This document shows, piece by piece, positions 12,301-20,924 of a stretch of 32,000 nt of DNA; the first letter of the stretch is position 1, and the number at the start of each line of letters is the position of its first letter. A program made the translations under genes and the position numbers. The notes beneath the pieces are model-generated. The model saw only the letters and a program-made list of their open reading frames with translations. It searched no databases and was not told where the DNA came from. This DNA comes from Mycoplasmoides genitalium G37. GTDB lineage: Bacteria; Bacillota_I; Bacilli_A; Mycoplasmatales; Mycoplasmoidaceae. The stretch lies in NCBI RefSeq assembly GCF_000027325.1, contig NC_000908.2:90001-122000 (forward strand), read 5' to 3'.

Positions 12301-12457
12301 TTCATTAACATTAACATCCGTTAATGTTGTTTTCCCATACAGTTTGTATGATACTAGTTCAAATGAATTTACAAGGATAGTCGATCGCTTAAATTTCACT
12401 GATACCAACTTCTATCTAAAAGATGCATTTCCTAATTTCTGGTTTGTTGGTTTCTAG
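9383..12457 (+). CDS. Large surface or membrane-anchored protein, 1024 aa. Homolog of the M. pneumoniae 116-kDa surface antigen P116 (MG075-like)
   Basis: Track ORF 9383-11779 continues in frame through TGA 11777-11779 and 12266-12268 to TAG 12455-12457. N-terminal hydrophobic anchor [26 protein letters not shown] without a canonical lipobox. N/K/L/F-rich with no catalytic motif. Assignment to the P116 family is from recall of gene order and size, not from a search. Confidence 0.85.
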
Positions 12458-12870
12458 AGTAATGAAACTAAACCACTAACTAAACTACCAACTAGATAAA
12501 CAATCAAGTTCATCCACCAAAACCCACTAGTTTTTTGTCTGTAAGTTGCACTTTGATCTTGATATTGATTAAAACTAACTAATGGTTTTGCATAAACACT
12601 ACCTAACTTAAGATATCTGTTAAACTTACTAATTTCATACCGCATTCCATCACAAGTTTTTAAACGGAATATCCCCTGTAAACAAACAAGTAATAAGTTA
12701 ACAAAAAAGCTAGTTAGTACTGAATTTTTAACAACCACTGTAAAATTGGTTGACTTGTGAAAATAAATAGTAATGTTTAAGATCAAAAAGAAAAGGATTA
12801 GATAAAATACGCTAACAACTATCCCACCATACTCAGCTTTATTACTGTTTTTGTTTTGATTTAAAACCAT
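12454..12870 (-). CDS. Small hypothetical integral membrane protein, 138 aa, about 3 TM segments (MG076-like)
   Basis: ATG (complement of 12868-12870) is preceded by an in-frame TAG. Hydrophobic stretches [39 protein letters not shown] and [21 protein letters not shown]. The only minus-strand gene in the window. Its stop (complement of 12454-12456) overlaps the stop of the P116-like gene. Confidence 0.7.
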
Positions 12871-13013
12871 CTAGTAATCGTTATTAGTATCATTTTTTTA
12901 TAAAATAATCAAGAACATCAGCACATGATCTTTATCACTAAATTTATGTTTGGTTTCAAATGAAGTTGGATTATAAATCCTGCTTTATTGTAATCATGCT
13001 TTAGATTTAGAAG

Positions 13014-13040
13014 CTGGTTACTTTTGTTTCAGGTAACCAG
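13014..13040 (+). promoter_or_regulatory. Leader hairpin A upstream of oppB
   Basis: Perfect 8-bp inverted repeat CTGGTTAC (13014-13021) / GTAACCAG (13033-13040) with an 11-nt loop. Confidence 0.4.
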
Positions 13041-13060
13041 TACCATTTCCAAAAAACTGA

Positions 13061-13088
13061 GAACCTGAAAAAAACAGGTTCTTTTTTT
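13061..13088 (+). terminator. Intrinsic-terminator-like hairpin B, 16 nt upstream of the oppB start
   Basis: GAACCTG (13061-13067), A7 loop, CAGGTTC (13075-13081), then a T7 run (13082-13088). An A6 run at 13051-13056 makes it symmetric, so it could act in both directions. Confidence 0.5.
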
Positions 13089-13103
13089 ATTTCTATTTAG
13101 TAA

Positions 13104-14327
13104 ATGTTCAAGTATATTCTTAAACGATTAGGACTAGCAGTAGTTGCGATGTTTATCGTAATGTCTATAGTCTTCTTTTTAGTGAACGCTACTGGTAATG
13201 TTCCCTTGTCAGCCACTTCTGCAAGAGATATTGCTGCAGTGCAAGCACAACTACAAGAGTTTGGGTTTAATGACCCTATTATAGTTAGGTATTTTCGCTA
13301 TTGAGCTAAGCTATTTTCCTTTCAAGCTGATGCTTTAGGAATTTATTATGCAAACCCTAACCAAACAATTGGTGAGATTGTGTTTGCAAGAGTACCAAAT
13401 ACCTTATATGTGGTTTTAATCTCTTTTTTAATTGGTTCATTGCTAGGGATCTTTTTAGGGATGGTTTCAGGATTGAATAGAGGGAAGTTTTTAGATGCAG
13501 CAATTAATGTGTTGGTAGTTTTATTTGTATCTATTCCTTCATTTGTAGTGGGATTAGGGTTACTTAAACTAGCAGGATTTTTAAATCTACCACCACGGTT
13601 TATTAACTTTGATGATGCTTTTTTTAGCTTTGATCGTTTCTTGCTTGCATCAATTATCCCGATCCTTTCATTGGTCTTCTATTCATCAGCTGCTTTTACA
13701 TACAGGATTAGAAATGAGGTGGTGGAAGTGATGAATCAAGACTATATTAAAACTGCAAAAAGTAAGGGACTTGGGATGTTTGCTGTAGCTAGGTATCATA
13801 TCTTTAGAAACTCGATTATTCCTTCTATTCCCTTGTTTGTATTTGGAATCTCAGGTGCTTTTTCAGGTGGATTTATTATTGAGTCTTTGTTTGGAGTACA
13901 AGGGGTATCTAGGATCTTAATTGATTCAGTGCAAGTTAATGAAACTAACATGGTAATGTTTAATATCTTGTTTATCCAAGGGATTCCCTTATTAGCAAGT
14001 GTCTTTATTGAATTTATCTATGTTTTAGTTGATCCTAGAATTAGGATTGCAAATAGTTCTAATGTTAGCTTATTAACTAAGTTAAAGTTCTTAAGTTCAA
14101 GACACCAATGGTTAATGAAGTGAAACAAGATTAACAGTGATAATGCCCAAAATATTGTGTTTAACTCGCCACTGCACCACCAGCTATTAGAACTCAATGC
14201 AATTGATTACAAAACAAAAACAGTTCAACTAACAACTGAACAAAAAACTGCTCTCAATATCAGTGCAACTGCTAACTTTATCTTACTTGGTAACAAGTGT
14301 TTAAAACTCAAAACAATCCATGGATAG
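13104..14327 (+). CDS. oppB: Oligopeptide ABC transporter permease OppB (407 aa) with a C-terminal extension
   Basis: Track ORFs 13104-13304 and 13380-14123 share one frame, join via TGA 13302-13304, and extend past TGA 14121-14123 to TAG 14325-14327. Typical N terminus MFKYILKRLG. Permease core ends at the usual LVDPRIRI (about 14046), followed by 92 further codons. Confidence 0.9.
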
Positions 14328-15450
14328 AAATAAAAGTTTTGACCCTAACTTATTTAAAAGGGTTGATATCAACTTATTAAAGCGAAATGATCAGCTTATT
14401 GGTAAACCAACTACCAATTCAATAGAAATTATCAAGCGCTTGTTTCAAAACAAGTGGGCCATCTTATTTTTTCTTTTAATAGTTGTTATTGTGCTATTAG
14501 CAATTATTGTGCCTTTAACTTCCCCTTTTTCAGCAGTAACTCCTGTTTCAACCAATGCCTTAGCACAAAATCTACCACCACGGTACTTATGGCATAAACC
14601 AGGTGACATTTTAGTTCATAAGATTACAGCAAGATCAATTGCTGAAATCTCTCAAGCTAGTGGAGTTTTAGTAGGAACATTACCTAGTGCAAATAGTAAT
14701 CCCTTAGCAACTAATGTCCAGTATGATATTGCTCCTTTTCAACTCCAAGAATTGCGTAATTATTTCCCTTTATTGGGGACTAATGGACTTGGGATTGATA
14801 TTTGAACCTTGTTGTGAGCTTCTGTTGCCAAGTCATTGTGAATTGCAGTAGTAGTAGCAATTATAGCAATGGTGTTTGGAACCATTTATGGAGCGGTTGC
14901 TGGAAGCTTTGTTGGACATATGGCTGATAACATTATGAGTAGGATCATTGAGATTATTGATATAGTCCCTTCTATTCTTTGAATTATTGTCTTAGGAGCT
15001 ACATTCCGCTTTGGTGGGGTTAAACAATTTGATGATAGTGTTGTAATCTTTACTTTAATCTTTGTGTTTTGAACATGACCTGCTACTACAACCAGAATTT
15101 ACATTTTGAAAAACAAAGATACAGAGTACATCCAAGCAGCTAAGACCCTAGGGGCACACCAAATCAGAATTATCTTTGTTCATATGTTACCTGTTGTATT
15201 TGGGAGATTAGCTGTTGTGTTTGTTAGTTTAATCCCAGCAGTTATTGGTTATGAAGCTTCCTTAGTTTTCCTTGGGTTAAAACCAGCTACTGATATTGGC
15301 TTAGGGGCACTTTTAAACCAAGTAACTTCAAGTGATAATGTAGCTTTAATCTTAAGTTCGATTGTTAGCTTTGCAGTTTTAACAGTAGCAGCTAGAACAT
15401 TTGCTAATGCTTTAAATGATGCAATTGACCCTAGGGTTGTAAAACGATAA
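14320..15450 (+). CDS. oppC: Oligopeptide ABC transporter permease OppC (376 aa)
   Basis: Track ORFs 14320-14805 and 15106-15450 share one frame. The 300-nt gap between them contains only TGA codons as apparent stops. Motifs YIQAAKTLGA (EAA loop region) and C-terminal DAIDPRV. Overlaps oppB by 8 nt. Confidence 0.9.
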
Positions 15451-15451
15451 A

Positions 15452-16660
15452 ATGGCACTTAAAAGAAGTAATTTCTTTGTTGATAAAGACCAACAACTAA
15501 AGGATAATTTGATCTTAGACATCACTGATTTACATGTTAACTTTAAGGTTAAAGATGGGATCTTACATGCTGTTAGAGGGATTGATCTTAAGGTAGAGAG
15601 GGGTAGTATTGTAGGGATTGTAGGTGAATCAGGCAGCGGTAAATCAGTGAGTGTTAAATCAATTATTGGTTTTAATGACAATGCACAAACTAAAGCCAAA
15701 CTGATGAACTTTAAAAACGTTGATATTACCAAACTAAAGAAACACCAGTGGAAGTATTATAGAGGGACATATGTCTCTTATATTTCCCAAGACCCATTGT
15801 TTTCTCTAAACCCAACAATGACGATAGGAAAACAAGTAAAAGAAGCGATTTATGTGGCTTCAAAAAGAAGGTATTTCCAAGCTAAATCAGACTTAAAATT
15901 TGCTTTATCAAATAAGGAGATTGACAAAAAAACTTATAAAAGTAAACTAAAAGAGATCAAACAAACCTACCAACAAAAAATAAAACCTATCAATGTAGAG
16001 AAAAAAACCTTAGAGATCCTGCAGTTCATTGGTATTAATGATGCCAAGAAACGTTTAAAGGCATTCCCAAGTGAGTTTTCAGGAGGGATGAGACAGAGAA
16101 TTGTGATTGCTATTGCAGTAGCAACTGAACCTGATTTAATTATTGCTGATGAACCTACTACTGCACTTGATGTAACTATTCAAGCTAAGGTATTAACTTT
16201 AATTAAACAACTCCGTGATCTACTTAATATCACTATTATCTTTATTAGTCACAATATCTCTTTAATTGCTAATTTCTGTGACTTTGTTTATGTTATGTAT
16301 GCAGGGAAAATTGTAGAACAGGGTCTGGTTGAAGAGATCTTTACAAATCCACTCCATCCCTATACATGGGCATTGATTTCTTCAATTCCTGAACAGAAAG
16401 ATAAAAACAAACCACTAACTTCTATCCCTGGAGTTATTCCTAACATGTTAACCCCACCAAAGGGTGATGCTTTCGCTAGTAGAAACCAATATGCTCTAGC
16501 AATTGACTTTGAATACCATCCACCCTTTTTTGAAGTTACTAAAACCCATAAAGCAGCAACTTGATTGCTGCATCCCCAAGCCCCTAAAGTTGAACCACCT
16601 CAAGCGGTTATTGATAACATTACCTTAACCAAAAAAGCACTGCAATTTAAAGATCAATAA
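15452..16660 (+). CDS. oppD: Oligopeptide ABC transporter ATP-binding protein OppD (402 aa)
   Basis: Walker A GESGSGKSV, Q-loop ISQDP, signature FSGGMRQR, Walker B LIIADEPTTALD, H-loop ISHN. Extends past TGA 16562-16564 to TAA 16658-16660. Confidence 0.93.
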
Positions 16661-19206
16661 TGGAAAACCAAAACACAAAAAAACCACTTGTTAATGTTAA
16701 GGCTTTGAGCATGATGTTCAAGGTCAGAGGAACTCTTTTTAAAGCCCTTGATGAAATTGGTTTTACTGTTAATGAAGGGGACTTCTTTGGGGTTATTGGT
16801 GAGAGTGGTAGTGGTAAATCAACCACGGGAAAATGTTTGATTAGATTAAACATTCCTAGTGGTGGAAAGATTGAGATTGCCAACCACTTACTCTCAGGAA
16901 AAAAACTTACTAAAGAGAATAACCAGTGGTTAAAACAAAACATCCAAATGGTGTTTCAAGACCCTTATTCATCTATTAACCCTACTAAAAATGTGCTAAC
17001 TGTGATTTCAGAACCGCTGGTAATTAGTAAAACTGTTTTTGGGGAAACAAAACAATACTTAAAGAGTTTGCAAAAGCTCTCTTTTAAAGTAAAGAAAACA
17101 TTGTTAAGGAATGATATTGAACTTGAAACCAAGTTTCACAATAACTTTTTTAAAACCGTTATTAAGCAAATTAATGAATCATTGTTTAACTTTGAAGATC
17201 TTGATTACAAGGATTTAAAACCATCACATTTAAGGCAAAGAATCATAAATGAAACAGATAAATTCATTGAAAAAATTAGAAGTGAGTTTGCCCTTTTTTA
17301 TGATTTTTATGCTAACCAATCAGTACCCTTGCAAAAGGCATTAGATGATGCGAATTCCTCTTTAACACCATCTAGTGTTATTGAGTTAAAAAACCAGTTA
17401 AAAGCATTACAAAAACAAGCAAAGATTTCAAAGGCAGCATGGGATATTTTACAAGCCCTAAAGCAAAACCAAAAGGAGTTGAAAGATTATGAAAATTATG
17501 TCCATTTTGAACTCCAAAAAAAGCCACGAATCTATCTTAATACCTGACTTTTAACAACCAAAAGCTACATTAAAGATTCCAAGCAAAACATGCAGCTTAC
17601 TGATGATATCTTTGCTTTTTCATATAACAGTATGGTTGACAAGAAAAGAAACTTGGTTTTAATTCTTTCTAAATACTATAAGCTGTTACCTTATTTCTAT
17701 GACCAATCAGTATTTGATAATGCTGATCAATTTGATGAAATTGCTAACCTTATCTTTTTTGATTTAGTTGAAACATTGCTTGGTGTAACTAGTTTATTTA
17801 ATGATGCATTAGCAGCTGATAAAGTCCCACTAATTAAGTTTGCTAAGTTCTTAAATAAGTTATGTGACTTGCGCTTTTTAACCTTAAAAAAGAGCTTTAA
17901 AAAAACAAGAGTAAGTTGTAGCTTTAGTTTTAACAGTGAACCTGAAATCTTGTTTGCCAACAGCTGCTATGATTTGCAACAAATGCCTCAAATCATTAAA
18001 CCCTTTTGAGAGAAGCTTTTTAATGAACAGAACTACCAAAAGATTATTGATTCAGTTTCAAGACTGAATGTAATGATTGCAAATTACATTACCAAAGCTT
18101 TTGAAATTAAAAAAACTATTGATGAAAAACTAAGGGAGTTTAAACAACAAAATTTAGCTTTAAAAAAAGCTTATTCAGCTAACAAGAAAAGTGAGGCAAA
18201 CAAAGCTTCCATTAATGAGTTAAAAGTCAATTTAAAAACACTTAAAAAACAGCTTAAACAAGAGAAAAATACTACTAAAAAACAATCAAAAAAGGAATTA
18301 AAACCACTTTTAAAAGAACACCATACTGCTTTAAAACTCCATGATGAGTTTAACCATGATTTACGCAAGTGGTTCAAAAAACTTAACTTTATGGTTAAGA
18401 AATACAACCGACTGGAAAACAGCCAGAAAAAGTTTTGTTTAGTTAAAAAGTTAAAAGCGCTTTTCAAAAAACAGGATGAAACACTGCAAAGTGAATTAAG
18501 ACCAAAACTAAAAACATTTGGTGTAATTAACTTTGAGTACAAACGTGCAGTCAAAGAGTCCAATGTCTTTCGATTGGTGCATTTTGCTAAAAATATCTTT
18601 AAACCATTCTTGTTTTTTAACCTCACCAAGATTTTTATGAGAAATAAGGTCTATGAAGCACTTGATAGTGTTGGTTTAAAAAGAGAACATGCTTACAGAT
18701 ACCCCCATGAATTTTCAGGCGGACAAAGACAAAGAATTGCTATTGCCCGTGCTTTAATCACTAAACCCAAACTGATTATTGCAGATGAATTGATTAGTGC
18801 ACTTGATGTTTCTATCCAAGCCCAAGTTATTAACATCTTGAAAGACTTGGCTAAAAAACACAACTTAACTGTGCTTTTCATTGCCCATGATTTATCAATG
18901 GTGCAAACTGTTTGTAACCGTTTGATCATTATGCATAGGGGCAAGATTGTTGAACGGGGCAGTGTGGATGAGATCTTTTCAAATCCAGTTCATCCCTACA
19001 CCCGTTCCCTAATAAAAGCATCTCCTAAGTTAAGCAAAATCAATGTTGATCTCGCTTCTTTTGATGAAAACTTCACTTATGATAGTGATTATTCACTAAC
19101 CAATATGCCCTTTTATATTAAAGTTCCTAACAGTGAAGAACATGAACTTTACTGTACTCAAAAGCAATTTGATAGTTGAATCAAAGAGGCTACGCCGATA
19201 AATTAA
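16660..19206 (+). CDS. oppF: Oligopeptide ABC transporter ATP-binding protein OppF, 848 aa, with a very large insertion in the nucleotide-binding domain
   Basis: Track ORFs 16660-17547, 17590-18009 and 18073-19179 share one frame, joined by TGA 17545-17547, 18007-18009 and 19177-19179. Stop TAA 19204-19206. Walker A GESGSGKST (16798-16824) and Q-loop VFQDP (about 16957). The signature FSGGQRQR begins only at 18712. Then Walker B LIIADELISALD and H-loop IAHD. Confidence 0.92.
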
Positions 19207-19208
19207 TT

Positions 19209-19214
19209 TAAAAT
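19209..19214 (+). promoter_or_regulatory. Candidate -10 box (TAAAAT) for the rplK-rplA unit
   Basis: Lies in the 55-nt gap between oppF and rplK. It would give a 5' UTR of about 40 nt containing GGGAG and a TGTGG/CCACA stem. Confidence 0.25.
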
Positions 19215-19261
19215 TTTCCAAAAATGTGGGAGCTAATTAAGCGTTTGTACCACAGCAAAAT

Positions 19262-19675
19262 ATGGCTAAAAAAACAGTTACAAGAATCGCTAAGATTAAC
19301 CTAATTGGCGGACAAGCAAAACCTGGCCCTGCGCTTGCTTCTGTAGGGATTAATATGGGTGAGTTTACCAAACAATTTAATGAAAAAACCAAGGATAGAC
19401 AAGGTGAAACGATCCCTTGTATAATCACTGCTTTTAACGATAAATCATTTACTTTTGTCTTAAAAACTACCCCTGTTAGTAACTTAATTAAACAAGCTGC
19501 TAAACTAGAAAAAGGTGCTAAAAATGCAAAAACTATTGTTGGAAAAATCTCCTTACAACAAGCTAAGGAGATTGCGCAATACAAGTTAGTTGATCTTAAT
19601 GCTAACACAGTTGAAGCAGCATTAAAAATGGTGTTAGGTACAGCTAAACAGATGGGAATAGAGGTAACTGATTAA
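19262..19675 (+). CDS. rplK: 50S ribosomal protein L11 (137 aa)
   Basis: Uninterrupted ORF with conserved L11 N terminus [25 protein letters not shown]. Confidence 0.95.
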
Positions 19676-20355
19676 TGAAAAAACTATCAAAAAGGATGCA
19701 AGCTGTTACCAAGCTCATTGATAAAAACAAACTTTATCCTATCCAAGAAGCATTTGAATTAATTAAAAAAACAGCAATTACTAAGTTTGTCAGTTCAGTT
19801 GATATTGCTGTTAGTTTAAACCTTGATACTACTAAAGCTGAACAACAGTTAAGAGGTGCAATTGCTTTTCCTTTTAGTATTGGTAAATCTATCAGAATTT
19901 TAGCTATCACTGATGATGAGAAAAAAGCTAGTGAAGCAGGTGCTGATTTTGTTGGTGGGCTTGATAAGATAGAAGCGATAAAAAATGGCTGATTAGATTT
20001 TGATCTAATTATCACTTCTCCCAAGTTCATGGGAGCATTAGGTAAACTAGGAAAACTATTAGGAACCAGGGGATTGATGCCAAACCCAAAAACTGAAACA
20101 GTTACTGATGATGTAGTTAGTGCTATTAAAGCTTATAAAAAGGGTAAGAAAGAATATCGAACTGATTCATTTGGCAACATCCACCTCTCTTTAGGTAAAA
20201 CAGATACCAAAACTGAGCACTTGGTTGCTAATGCCATGGCTTTAATAGATTTAATTAAGTCTAAACGTCCTAGCACAGTCAAAGGTACTTACATTAAAAA
20301 TATTGCTTTGACAACAACAATGGGACCAAGTTTAAAAGTAAAGCTACCTGATTAA
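19675..20355 (+). CDS. rplA: 50S ribosomal protein L1 (226 aa)
   Basis: Track ORFs 19675-19992 and 20029-20355 share one frame, joined by TGA 19990-19992. L1 motifs LRGAIAFP and LGTRGLMPNPK. The start overlaps the rplK stop by 1 nt (TAATG). Confidence 0.95.
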
Positions 20356-20924
20356 TGCCCACCTATAAACTAATTGTTGGTTTAGGTAACTTAGGTAAAA
20401 AGTATGAGAAAACTCGCCATAATGCTGGTTTTATGGTGTTAGATAGACTAGCTAGTTTATTCCACTTAAACTTTGATAAAACCAACAAGTTAGGTGATTA
20501 TCTTTTTATTAAAGAAAAAGCAGCAATCTTAGCAAAACCTGCTACCTTTATGAATAATAGCGGTCTTTTTGTGAAATGGTTACAAGATCACTTTCAAATT
20601 CCGCTTGCAAACATAATGATAGTCCATGATGAAATAGCGTTTGATTTGGGAGTAATTAGGCTTAAAATGCAAGGGAGTGCTAACAATCATAATGGCATAA
20701 AATCAGTAATTAGACATTTAGATACTGAACAGTTCAATCGTTTACGCTTTGGGATTAAATCACAAAATACGAGTAACATATTGCATGAACAGGTAATGAG
20801 TGAATTCCAGAATAGTGAACTGACTAAACTGGAAGTTGCGATTACAAAGTCTGTTGAACTGTTGAAGCGTTATATTGAAGGAGAAGAGTTACAAAGGTTA
20901 ATGGAATATTATCATCATGGCTAG
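20355..20924 (+). CDS. pth: Peptidyl-tRNA hydrolase (189 aa)
   Basis: N-terminal LIVGLGNLGKKYEKTRHNAGF and HDEIAFDLGVIRLK are classic Pth motifs. TAATG overlap with rplA. Confidence 0.93.
   Translation: MPTYKLIVGLGNLGKKYEKTRHNAGFMVLDRLASLFHLNFDKTNKLGDYLFIKEKAAILAKPATFMNNSGLFVKWLQDHFQIPLANIMIVHDEIAFDLGVIRLKMQGSANNHNGIKSVIRHLDTEQFNRLRFGIKSQNTSNILHEQVMSEFQNSELTKLEVAITKSVELLKRYIEGEELQRLMEYYHHG

Noticed and set aside
12307-12333. Perfect 9-bp hairpin AACATTAAC/GTTAATGTT followed by GTTTT, inside the 3' part of the P116-like gene. It could be an internal terminator.
   Set aside because: The stem has only two G-C pairs and lies in coding sequence (LTLTSVNVV). The T-run is short and interrupted. 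It is more likely incidental.
18171-18629. 152-aa ORF on the minus strand inside the oppF insertion.
   Set aside because: It is the mirror image of a Lys/Leu/Glu-rich sense frame, where AAA/AAG/TTA codons give a stop-poor antisense frame. The product is low-complexity F/L/S-rich, it lies fully inside a well-supported gene, and it has no independent start context.
16660-19206. oppF (and secA, fusA, dnaB, the ATPase and others) appear as strings of broken ORFs, which could be read as pseudogenes or split genes.
   Set aside because: All breaks are TGA only and fall in the same frame. The joined products carry ordered, complete motif sets. This fits UGA=Trp (table 4), not gene decay.
19237-19608. 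123-aa minus-strand ORF antisense to rplK.
   Set aside because: It is completely overlapped by the highly conserved L11 coding frame. The antisense product has no recognisable features. This is a typical shadow ORF.
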